DNA from: a virus
IMG/VR virus record: IMGVR_UViG_3300047548_000297
Location: 2,806-66,805 of that record
DNA length: 64,000 nucleotides
Reading direction: 5' to 3' (one strand)
Shown: positions 18,378 to 27,671 of the stretch, one piece after another
How the letters are laid out: each line of letters starts with the position of its first letter
Position numbering within the stretch: the stretch's first letter is position 1
Translations under genes and position numbers: made by a program
Notes under the pieces: model-generated
Told to the model about the DNA's origin: nothing
Seen by the model: the letters and a program-made list of their open reading frames with translations, nothing else
The model's database searches: none

Positions 18378-19337
18378 ATGTCAGACATATTAACTAAGTT
18401 TATAGAAACAAAAACTTCTGCACTAATGAAGTCCGCCATGGATGAGGGTACAGTTCTTAACAAGAATGACCCTACTAGATTAACCAATGTTAGATTCAGT
18501 AGCTTCCCATTCTGCGGAGTAAGGTGGTTTCTAGATCTACCTTCACTAGTAACAAAAGCATCAAATAAAGACTTTGCATTTGGATACTTTACTAGAGTAG
18601 GAACTACAGTACATGAGGTAATCCAGGAGGCATTCTCATCTCTGTCGGAGGACGGACAAAGCTTTACGTTGTTATGGGACTGGAAGTGCAAGAACTGTAA
18701 ACATAGAGAGGGTATTCTTTTAGCCGAGGCTCCTACTGAAAGCTGTTCTAGCTGTGGCGCATACACTGGCTTCTCGCGAGAAGAACATCAGATTAGGTTT
18801 CGTGGAGCGGTTGGACATGTAGACACTATCATTTCAGTTAAACTTCCTGCTAACATTGCCAGTGTATTTGGAAGTCCGATAGGTCTTATAGTTGCTGATT
18901 ATAAAACTACTAGTGTCTACAATGTAACAAAGAAAGACACTCTTCCGTATAAGAGCAATGTAGCCCAAATATCCAAGTACACGGGTGTTTTACAGAAGAA
19001 TCTTCCTGTTATCGGGTGGGCTCTTATATACATGCCTAGAGATTTACCCTTCAGATACAAGGTAATAGGCAAGTTTATGGACAAGGCTGAAGGTCTACGT
19101 CATAGAAAAGACATTGTAAAGTATGTGGCTACGCACAAAGCTTGGAGCACAGCAAGTAGCCTTGAAGAAATACGTCAGCTGTTCAATGCTAGACCCTGCC
19201 AGCGACCTGATTCTATTCCAGAAGAATTCTCAGACTGTGATCATTGTAAATCATGTACTGGAACTAAAGGATTTTCTAAGGTTGAGAGTACGTTTAATCG
19301 TATCAAGAAACATATACCTATAGTATCTAAGGAATAA
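18378..19337 (+). CDS. Cas4/RecB-like PD-(D/E)xK exonuclease with Fe-S cysteines and an inserted Zn ribbon
   Basis: PFC, GTTVH, GHVD, ADYKTT, QISKY, C-terminal C...CDHCKSC and internal CKNC/CSSC. Confidence 0.8.
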   Translation: MSDILTKFIETKTSALMKSAMDEGTVLNKNDPTRLTNVRFSSFPFCGVRWFLDLPSLVTKASNKDFAFGYFTRVGTTVHEVIQEAFSSLSEDGQSFTLLWDWKCKNCKHREGILLAEAPTESCSSCGAYTGFSREEHQIRFRGAVGHVDTIISVKLPANIASVFGSPIGLIVADYKTTSVYNVTKKDTLPYKSNVAQISKYTGVLQKNLPVIGWALIYMPRDLPFRYKVIGKFMDKAEGLRHRKDIVKYVATHKAWSTASSLEEIRQLFNARPCQRPDSIPEEFSDCDHCKSCTGTKGFSKVESTFNRIKKHIPIVSKE

Positions 19338-19340
19338 TAT

Positions 19341-20237
19341 ATGAGTAGTGTTGCTATTTTCCCAGATGGCAATTGGTTACTACATAGAGCCTACCATGCC
19401 GTAGGTAAAACTTCTAACATTCCACATGTAAAAGTTCCTTTACTTATAACAGACTGGATATTTAGTTATTTGATTAAATGGAATTCTAGCAATTGTGCTG
19501 TATGTTTTGATGGAGATAACGTATTTAGGTATGTGGTGTACTCTGAGTATAAAGCAAAACGAAACTCTAATAGATCAGAGTACGAAGCATCTGGGGATCC
19601 AGTATATGATTTACTACCTAGTGTGATAAACTGCCTAAACTTATGCGGAGTATACGTACAACAAGATAGCGAGTATGAAGCTGATGACCTAATATCCTCG
19701 GGATCTAAGAAATGGGTGGCATTGAACCCTAGTAATAAAGCAATTATTATAGCTAAAGACAAGGATAGCCTACAGAATATAACAGATAAGATATTGTGTT
19801 TTACTCCAGGGGTTAAAGATTCTCTGTCAGACATAACCTGGACTGAAGCCAAGGTAAAAGAAGTTAAGGGAATGTATCCTAAAGAGTATTTAAGATATCA
19901 GATACTTACAGGCGACAAAATAGATAACATACCTAGTCTTATGTCGCCACGTAGAGCCCGACAGGTTGTAACTAGTTTTAAAACGCTCAAAGACTATTTT
20001 GATACTGATGAAGGTGCATCTTTCTATAAAGCGAATAAGGGTGCTCTAATACTTAATAAGCTACTAGTTACTATGGTAGCTGATAGTTGGAAAACTAATT
20101 TTTCAAAAATAAAAGTTACTGATTCTAAAATTAATAATGATCAACTAATAGAAACTTTTGGTAGAATACCATCAGGTCTAAGTTCATATAGAGCTATTGG
20201 TAACAGAAAGACATCTATATTTGGAAATCAAAGGTAA
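19341..20237 (+). CDS. 5'-3' exonuclease / flap endonuclease (PolI N-terminus or T4 RNase H-like)
   Basis: DGNWLLHRAYH, CFDG, YKAKR, EADD, DKD and LTGDKIDNIP. Confidence 0.92.
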   Translation: MSSVAIFPDGNWLLHRAYHAVGKTSNIPHVKVPLLITDWIFSYLIKWNSSNCAVCFDGDNVFRYVVYSEYKAKRNSNRSEYEASGDPVYDLLPSVINCLNLCGVYVQQDSEYEADDLISSGSKKWVALNPSNKAIIIAKDKDSLQNITDKILCFTPGVKDSLSDITWTEAKVKEVKGMYPKEYLRYQILTGDKIDNIPSLMSPRRARQVVTSFKTLKDYFDTDEGASFYKANKGALILNKLLVTMVADSWKTNFSKIKVTDSKINNDQLIETFGRIPSGLSSYRAIGNRKTSIFGNQR

Positions 20238-20277
20238 AAGGCCCGGTTGAACTTACTAAGTTCAACCGGGCCTTTTT
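20236..20277. terminator. bidirectional terminator between convergent modules
   Basis: 19-bp arms AAAAGGCCCGGTTGAACTT / AAGTTCAACCGGGCCTTTT around a 3-nt loop. Confidence 0.88.
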
Positions 20278-20279
20278 GT

Positions 20280-23200
20280 TTACTTGTTCAAAAGTGCGTC
20301 TAGTTCTGTTCTCATTCTGGAGTTTTGTTCTGCAAGTTCTTGCAATGCTTTTATTATTACTGGGTATAAACCGTCCTTCGTAACCATTAGATGTTCTGGA
20401 TTTGACTCATTGACTACTTTTAGATAATCGTTTGCTTCCCCTAGAGCTTCTTGTAGGTCTTGGGCTATAAAACCAGAGTCTTCTACTCCATTACGAGTTC
20501 CATCTCTAGCGTGCCATTCAAAACGAACTGGCTTTAGTTTATTAATTAGATTTAGTCCATCAGTTAATGGTCTAATATTAGTTTTGTCTCTGGCATCAGA
20601 AACATTACTCCACCCTGCAGCATACATTCTGTATGTAGTATGCAGTCCATTACCTATAGTAACTTCGTTAGAAGCAGTTTGAGACGAAGCTAGCCCATCT
20701 ATAACAATAACCCTAGATAAATTTACTCCTGAGTATGAATTATACAGTCCATTACCCAGTATCACAGACTGTGATATGTTATTTACTACAGAAGAGTTGA
20801 ACATCTCCGATCCAAGTATAGTGGACTGTGATACTGTGCCTACACTATTAGCAGCTAGACATCTATATCCAACTAGTACGGATGAATTATAAAATCCAGA
20901 TACTGATCCAGCATTACTTCCTATTTCCACAGAGTATGTGTGTGTTCCAGCACGAGCCGCGTTAGCGCCTAGTGCAGTGGTATGAGTACCAGTAGCAGAT
21001 TCTAGTGTCCTGCTACCAACAGCTACGTTGTTATCACCTGTTCCAGATCGTGCAAAAGAAGACCTGCGCCCAATGTACACAGAATCGGTCTGTATGCCTG
21101 AAACTGTTCCTGATGTTTGCCTACCTGCTTCGTCTCCTATGTACACATCACCTATTACACTTGCAGTCTGCTCACAAACCTGACTACCAATACAAACAGC
21201 ATTAGCAACAATAGTAGTATTCCTATTAGCAGAAGATCCTATGGATACTAGATCAGAAACTGATGTTAAACTGTATCCAGACTCGACGCCTACGGCTACA
21301 GCTCTAGTTACAGAACTTGCGCTATACAGCGATTTTTGTCCTACAGCAATAATATTAGAAGCAGAAACTGCATTCCTTAAAGCATCCGTCCCTACACCTA
21401 TGTTACTAGATCCAGATACAGAACTGCTTAAAACAGCTCCCCCTACAGCTATGTTATCCGATCCTGTAATATTTGATAGTAACGAAGATCCGCCTACGCC
21501 CACGTTACGTAATCCAGAAGTTGTAGCTAGTAGCGTTCTATCACCAATTGCACAGTTTCCACTACCAGTTGTGTTATTAGCCAGGGCATTGTATCCAACA
21601 GCTATGTTTACGCTACCTGAGGTGTTGCTATATAAAGCACGACTACCAACAGCAGTATTCTCTATACCAGTGCCTACTGCTGCTGGATTAGCTGTCGCGA
21701 AAGAATAACTACCTATAGCAGTATTGCTGCTACCGGATGTATTAAATGCACCAGAGGATCTTCCTATGAATGTATTATATAGACCAGTAGTGTTATAAAA
21801 TCCTGAATTAAATCCTGCGCAAGTATTATCTGATCCAATAGTATTTGATTTTAAAGTGTCTAAACCAATAGCAACATTATAGCTACCAGTAGTATTAGAC
21901 AGCAAGGTATTGTTTCCCAGGGCAGTATTACTACTGCCTGTAGTATTTACGAATAAAGCACCATGACCTATGGCAAGATTATACGCGCCACTAGTTGTAC
22001 TACGTAGAGCACTATCACCTATACCAATACAGTATTCGGCCGAGGTAGCTAATTCCATAGCCGCTATACCTATGGCTATATTATTAGCGCCGGTACCTCC
22101 CTTAGCCCTTAGCCCAATTGATATCTGGTTTAAACCTGCACTATATGCTCTATGTCCTATGGTAGTGCTATAACTAGCGCTAGAATCTGCCCCTGATCCA
22201 ATTACTACACGACCATCGGCCACTGCGTTTGACCTCATAGCACTATCGCCAATGGCAACATTGGCATTTCCACCAGTAGCTTGGTCTAATGAATTTGATC
22301 CAACAACCACATTATTAAGTCCAGTAGCTAGTAGTCTACCAGACTCTACACCTATGCATATATTGTTGTACCCAGTTGTAACAGAACCTAACGAATTAAT
22401 ACCTACAGCTACATTATTTGTTCCAGAGATAGAGTTTGGATTGGATCCTAATAAAATATTAGTAGCAGTTCCATTACTACCGATAGAAACACCACTTATA
22501 TTAGACAGTTTAGAATTTACTTCTAACCTTCCAGAGGCTGTATACGTAGGAAATACAGTTACAATGTCTTGGGTTAACGTAACCTGTTTTATGCTGTTAA
22601 ATCCTAAGCTAAAAGAAGTTGTTCCCTTAGAACCAACATATAATGTACTGTCCTCAAGGATACGTAACCCACCTATGGCTGTATTATTCCGGCACAGTTC
22701 ATATACACCAGTTTCATTGTTACTAGTATTTAAAGTGACCGAATACGTACTAGGCCATCTATTTCTTAGGGTTGCATTTAGTCCTATGGACTTCATATCG
22801 AAATTTATGCCAGCTGTGTTACTAGTCTGAAATCCAGTTCCAGTCATGTTCAGTGGATTTGGATAAGCTTGTCCTACAGCTATGCTATCAGATACAGTAA
22901 CTCCGCCTACAAAATTAATTCCAGGATCTACGTATCCAACTCTATGCCAGTCACCTGATCTAAACACATAAGGTATGTATCTAGAAGAAACGGACGTATC
23001 ATAATACAAGTTTGGTATACTTGGTGTAGTACCAAGAACAGGGGCACCTGTGCCATACTGAGCGTCTGTTGGATATACTCGTGTCCACGCAGAGGTACTT
23101 GGATCGTTTATATATAGGTCGTATCTTCCAGCAACAGACTTGTCTGCATAGAATGGGGGTGTGCTAGGAGTAGTTCCAAGTGGGGCTCCAATACCTATTT

Positions 23201-24287
23201 GAACCCTCGGAGCGTTAGCTATTGGAGTTACTACGTTTGTATTAAATGCAGTTACAAAGTCTTCTAGCCATTTCTTATGAATAGCATCATTGTCGTTTAC
23301 TGGATTACCAACATTAGTTAGTCTGTAACTAGCAAAGTCCAGATTATTTATGGCAGCTCTACTACCATCTGTCATGAAAATCTTATTTAGATCTATAGTC
23401 TGAAGGCCATTAGTTTGACCGGCACCTACCCCTGGGTTAAGGCCGTTTAAGAATCCAATAGCAGTTGATGTAAGATAGTTTCTTCGTACAACACTGAATG
23501 TATCACCAACTTGAGGTGGATATAGAAAGCTATTAGATACAGAATAGGCTTTAGTTCCAGCAGAATAGCCGGATATTACACGAATCGATCCTGTGTTTAA
23601 ACCTGTAACTCCTTGAATAAGGAGTTCACCTACTGTAGTAGGATTAGTTGCGGACTGGGTGAATACTATGGTTGACGCAGTAGATCCAGAATCAACTACT
23701 AGATTAGTGTGTATTTCTGTATCATACCCAGTTACCGACCATCTTGAATTATTTGAAAAAGCTAATACAGAGGACAGCTGACCCGGACTAGAAACTTGGT
23801 ATGTATTAGGTACAGCTATATATGCTGGAGGTAGAGAGTCTATTCCAGGAAGAGCTGGAATATTTATATTTATATCGGAGTTTCCAAGTTCTGCATATAT
23901 AGCATACGTAGTACCAGACGTAGGTATGTAGCAATCAATGCTAATAGCATTACCATCGCTATTAACGCTAGACTTTACTTTAGGAATCTGAGTTGTAGAC
24001 GTGCCTATAGCAAATAGAACATTACCAGGAGCATATAGAGCTACTTCACCGAAGTTAAAGTTCCCTAGGGAGAAGTCTAGGTATATTGTGTACTTAACTA
24101 AATTTGATGCCTGTACTACAGGTTTAGACGGTGTACCAGAGTGTACCTCTGTTCCAGATATATCTATTTGCCCAACGCTAGGTGTATATCCAAATGCACT
24201 GCCAAGCTTGAATGCCTGTAGATTAGGTGCTACACCAGGATTAGATTGGATAAGTAGCTGACCTGCAGTTGTTAGAACGAATTGCAT
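20280..24287 (-). CDS. long tail fibre with 14-aa repeats and C-terminal S74 intramolecular chaperone
   Basis: N-terminal MQFVLTTAGQ module, NxAIGxxALxxNTTG repeats and SDARDKTNI...GFIAQD chaperone. Confidence 0.9.
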   Translation of the reverse strand: MQFVLTTAGQLLIQSNPGVAPNLQAFKLGSAFGYTPSVGQIDISGTEVHSGTPSKPVVQASNLVKYTIYLDFSLGNFNFGEVALYAPGNVLFAIGTSTTQIPKVKSSVNSDGNAISIDCYIPTSGTTYAIYAELGNSDININIPALPGIDSLPPAYIAVPNTYQVSSPGQLSSVLAFSNNSRWSVTGYDTEIHTNLVVDSGSTASTIVFTQSATNPTTVGELLIQGVTGLNTGSIRVISGYSAGTKAYSVSNSFLYPPQVGDTFSVVRRNYLTSTAIGFLNGLNPGVGAGQTNGLQTIDLNKIFMTDGSRAAINNLDFASYRLTNVGNPVNDNDAIHKKWLEDFVTAFNTNVVTPIANAPRVQIGIGAPLGTTPSTPPFYADKSVAGRYDLYINDPSTSAWTRVYPTDAQYGTGAPVLGTTPSIPNLYYDTSVSSRYIPYVFRSGDWHRVGYVDPGINFVGGVTVSDSIAVGQAYPNPLNMTGTGFQTSNTAGINFDMKSIGLNATLRNRWPSTYSVTLNTSNNETGVYELCRNNTAIGGLRILEDSTLYVGSKGTTSFSLGFNSIKQVTLTQDIVTVFPTYTASGRLEVNSKLSNISGVSIGSNGTATNILLGSNPNSISGTNNVAVGINSLGSVTTGYNNICIGVESGRLLATGLNNVVVGSNSLDQATGGNANVAIGDSAMRSNAVADGRVVIGSGADSSASYSTTIGHRAYSAGLNQISIGLRAKGGTGANNIAIGIAAMELATSAEYCIGIGDSALRSTTSGAYNLAIGHGALFVNTTGSSNTALGNNTLLSNTTGSYNVAIGLDTLKSNTIGSDNTCAGFNSGFYNTTGLYNTFIGRSSGAFNTSGSSNTAIGSYSFATANPAAVGTGIENTAVGSRALYSNTSGSVNIAVGYNALANNTTGSGNCAIGDRTLLATTSGLRNVGVGGSSLLSNITGSDNIAVGGAVLSSSVSGSSNIGVGTDALRNAVSASNIIAVGQKSLYSASSVTRAVAVGVESGYSLTSVSDLVSIGSSANRNTTIVANAVCIGSQVCEQTASVIGDVYIGDEAGRQTSGTVSGIQTDSVYIGRRSSFARSGTGDNNVAVGSRTLESATGTHTTALGANAARAGTHTYSVEIGSNAGSVSGFYNSSVLVGYRCLAANSVGTVSQSTILGSEMFNSSVVNNISQSVILGNGLYNSYSGVNLSRVIVIDGLASSQTASNEVTIGNGLHTTYRMYAAGWSNVSDARDKTNIRPLTDGLNLINKLKPVRFEWHARDGTRNGVEDSGFIAQDLQEALGEANDYLKVVNESNPEHLMVTKDGLYPVIIKALQELAEQNSRMRTELDALLNK

Positions 24288-24290
24288 TAG

Positions 24291-27200
24291 TTATTCCTTT
24301 CTTATTTCACGTTTTAGTATTTCTAGTTCTGCTGTTAATTCGTTAACTGCATTAACCAGAACTGGAATTAAATAAGTAGTAGATAGTCTAAGTTGCTCTG
24401 GATTGTCTGTATTTACTAGTCTCAGATAAGAATTAGTAGTTGTACCTACTGTAGCTAGTACTTCCTGTGCTATAAAACCAGAATCCTCGTCACCAACTCT
24501 AGCCCCATCTCGTAAGTTCCATTTGAACTTAACAGGACGCAGCTTATTTATAAGGCTCAGTCCTGTATCTAGAGTATTAATCTCGATCTTATCTCTTATA
24601 TCAGATATGTTAGTCCATTGTGCAGTATACATGTTATAAGAGGTATGAGAGGAACTACCAAGTGTAACGGAGTTAGCAACACCTACAGAGGTATTAGGAC
24701 CTATGAGTATAGCATTTGTAGCTGTAACTCTAGATCCCATACCTATGACTATAGAATTAGTTCCTACCGAATTTGATAGAGCGCCTATAGCTATGTTTCC
24801 AGTACTAGGTACTGTATTGTTTGAGTCTACTCCAGAGCTACGTCCTATAGCTATGTTATTAGCTCCATGTATAGTTGCTACATGTCCAATGGAAACTGAA
24901 TAATCTGCTAGTAAATTTACAGCAGACCCATATCCAACGGCTATAGAGTTAGTAGCATTAGCCTGGCAGTAACCACCTACGGCTACAGTATAGGATACAC
25001 CAGTATTAGCATAGGAAGCAAAGTCCCCAATAACAACATTATTAGACGCAGTAGAATCACATTCTCCTCTGGCGTATGTTCCAATAGCAATGTTTCTAGA
25101 ACCAGAGACTCCTGACTGATTTCCTATGCTTATGTTATAACCTGTAGCATTTGTATTGCTGGATATATCAGTGCCTATAACAACACTGCGTCTAGCTGTA
25201 TTGGGAATTATAGTTCCAGTATACATCGATCCTACAAATACTATATCTCCAGTACCCGTATACGTAGACAAAGCTGAATTGCCTATCGCTACAGTCTTGG
25301 TAGTAGATACAGCAGAAGTTAGAGCATTATAACCGATAGCTGTGTTACTACCTCCTGTAGTAGCAGAGGCTAATGCTCCGTATCCAACTGCAGTACAGGG
25401 ACCAGAAGTATTGTTATTATTAAACAGCGTTAGAGCTGAATGCCCTATAGCTGTATTATAATTACCATCGGTAGAAGTTGCAAGAGCACCTGTTCCAACA
25501 GAAGTATTACCACTCCCTATATTTAAATACCTACCAGAATTGTATCCAACCGCTACGTTAGTGCCTGTTGTTGTGGCATTTAATGCATAGGATCCAACAG
25601 CAGTATTACCTGTGCTTGTAGCTAGTGGAAGAGAAAATGCACCAACTGAAGTATTAGACTCTCCAGAAACAGAGCCACCAGAAATGTAGCCTACAAAGGT
25701 GTTATTATTGCCAGAGACTATGGATGTACCAGATCCACTTCCTACCGATACATTATTACTAGCAGAAGTGACTAGACCTCCAGACCCCTTTCCTATAAAC
25801 ACGTTATTAGTGCCTGTACTAACATTAGCTAGCGGATGACTTAGACCCAAAGCACCTTGACCTATTCCTATATTAGTAGCTGTGGATCTTGATCCTATTT
25901 TTATAGGATAGCTCGCACTACCGTTAATGGTAACATCTGTATTGAAAGTAGGTGTAGATCGTATTAGCGTTGTATTATTGTTATTAGTACCAAATATTGT
26001 ATTGCCTAGTAAACTAGCAACTCCAGATACATCTAGTGTGTTGGAAACGAGTGTAGGCCCAGAAGCATTTATGCCTGCTAGTGTAGATAAACCAGTTACA
26101 GTTAGTTCAGATCCAGAAATAGGTAGTCCAGACGATCCGGTACTTGCGATTCTATACCAAGTGCTGTTAGGAACATTATAAGCATAAGAAACTGGAGCTG
26201 AAGGCGTAGTTATGTCAATATATAGGCTAGGATATATAGGAGTAGATATAGTTGGTTCTCCAGTACCCGTCTGAGATAATGGGCTAAGCTCTCTAACCTT
26301 GGAACTGATTGCTAGTTGTAAACTATTGGTTGAGGGAGAACTTATAGCAGAGCTTAGTCCGCTTGGAGTAAGAGCTACTAATCCAGATATACCATCAGCG
26401 TGTTGAGCTGTAGTAGCTAGTCGCACAATACCAGAGGTTGCAGTACTAGAACTAGGTAGCTTATCCGAGGGTATACCATTTGCTATCCAGTCTAGTAGTA
26501 CCGAGTGCTCAGCGTTATTTAGGTGATAACGTTCAGCAGCCGCACCGCCCTGAAGTCCTTGACTAGTATTATGCTGAAAACTATTTAGTTCATTAGAGAT
26601 GCTAGAAGTTAGCGTTTGTAAGTTAACCGCATCTTGAACAGCTACAGGATTCGCAATACCTGTTATTCTGTTATTACCTAAGCTAAGAGCACCTGTCATT
26701 GGTTTGGTGCCATCAAGTCGTACTAGTACATCAACAGGATCGCTTACTAGTGCATTTATATGTCCAGAAGTAATCTGTGTATTAATACCACTTAATAGAT
26801 TCCAGTACTTTCCGCCCTGAAGAGTTTTTACGTAAATTCTAACAGTGTCACCAAAGTTAGGTAATAGTGTCAGTGGTGTATCAAATGTATATCTTCTGAT
26901 ATTTGATATAACATCAAGGGCTCTAACAGCACGAACAGTACCTACAGACTGCCCATCCACTATCTGAACTAGGACTTCACCGTATACACCGTTTGGATCT
27001 GGTATAGCTAGAGGTGAAGCTGGATTAAACTGCATATCTATAGTGTATGTGCCTGATCCTGATATAGGAATAGCCTCAGAATACATAGTATAGTCAGATA
27101 TGCTCCATAGAGCATTATCCGATATAGCTAGTGTAGACTGTCTATCGGAAGCAGGAGATACTACTGAGTACACATTTGGTACTGCCTCCTTGGCTTGAGG

Positions 27201-27659
27201 CAATAGGTCTATTGAACCGACGCTCTGTAACATTAGTTCACTACTAGAATTAGCTAGATTAGCGTATGGATAATAGCCAGTAGCAACGCTAGAGGGTATA
27301 TAACAGTCTATGGCAAGACTAGAACCCTGGGATATGCCATTTAGTTGGGATTTAAGTATCAATGAACTGGAAGTTCCTATAGCAAATGGTATACCTCCAG
27401 GTAGATATAAAATTACTTCGCCAAACGAGAACGTAGGAGCGTTATAGTCGATGAATAACGTATACCTAATTACATTCTGGTTTATAGAAGTTGGAATTGA
27501 TGGCGTACCTGAGTAAACCTGACTTCCAGCTAAAGAAGTTTGGTTAGACGACGGTAGATAGTTGACGCCAGAGCCAAGCTTGAATTCTGTAAGATGAGGC
27601 AGCTGACCCTGGTGCTGCTCTATGTAGGTTTGTCCGGCAGTAGTTAGTACAAAATACAT
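24291..27659 (-). CDS. second tail fibre with S74 chaperone
   Basis: Paralogous N-terminus MYFVLTTAGQ, GIVRLAT fibre motif, the same repeats and SDIRDK...GFIAQE. Confidence 0.9.
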   Translation of the reverse strand: MYFVLTTAGQTYIEQHQGQLPHLTEFKLGSGVNYLPSSNQTSLAGSQVYSGTPSIPTSINQNVIRYTLFIDYNAPTFSFGEVILYLPGGIPFAIGTSSSLILKSQLNGISQGSSLAIDCYIPSSVATGYYPYANLANSSSELMLQSVGSIDLLPQAKEAVPNVYSVVSPASDRQSTLAISDNALWSISDYTMYSEAIPISGSGTYTIDMQFNPASPLAIPDPNGVYGEVLVQIVDGQSVGTVRAVRALDVISNIRRYTFDTPLTLLPNFGDTVRIYVKTLQGGKYWNLLSGINTQITSGHINALVSDPVDVLVRLDGTKPMTGALSLGNNRITGIANPVAVQDAVNLQTLTSSISNELNSFQHNTSQGLQGGAAAERYHLNNAEHSVLLDWIANGIPSDKLPSSSTATSGIVRLATTAQHADGISGLVALTPSGLSSAISSPSTNSLQLAISSKVRELSPLSQTGTGEPTISTPIYPSLYIDITTPSAPVSYAYNVPNSTWYRIASTGSSGLPISGSELTVTGLSTLAGINASGPTLVSNTLDVSGVASLLGNTIFGTNNNNTTLIRSTPTFNTDVTINGSASYPIKIGSRSTATNIGIGQGALGLSHPLANVSTGTNNVFIGKGSGGLVTSASNNVSVGSGSGTSIVSGNNNTFVGYISGGSVSGESNTSVGAFSLPLATSTGNTAVGSYALNATTTGTNVAVGYNSGRYLNIGSGNTSVGTGALATSTDGNYNTAIGHSALTLFNNNNTSGPCTAVGYGALASATTGGSNTAIGYNALTSAVSTTKTVAIGNSALSTYTGTGDIVFVGSMYTGTIIPNTARRSVVIGTDISSNTNATGYNISIGNQSGVSGSRNIAIGTYARGECDSTASNNVVIGDFASYANTGVSYTVAVGGYCQANATNSIAVGYGSAVNLLADYSVSIGHVATIHGANNIAIGRSSGVDSNNTVPSTGNIAIGALSNSVGTNSIVIGMGSRVTATNAILIGPNTSVGVANSVTLGSSSHTSYNMYTAQWTNISDIRDKIEINTLDTGLSLINKLRPVKFKWNLRDGARVGDEDSGFIAQEVLATVGTTTNSYLRLVNTDNPEQLRLSTTYLIPVLVNAVNELTAELEILKREIRKE

Positions 27660-27671
27660 AGTTGTCCTTGG

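Noticed and set aside
18378-20280. CRISPR-Cas locus around the Cas4-like gene
   Set aside because: No repeat-spacer array or other cas genes are visible in the window.
20280-27659. Diversity-generating retroelement or invertase shufflon acting on the fibres
   Set aside because: No reverse transcriptase, no adenine-specific TR/VR pair and no invertase with crossover repeats were seen; fibre similarity is ordinary paralogy.
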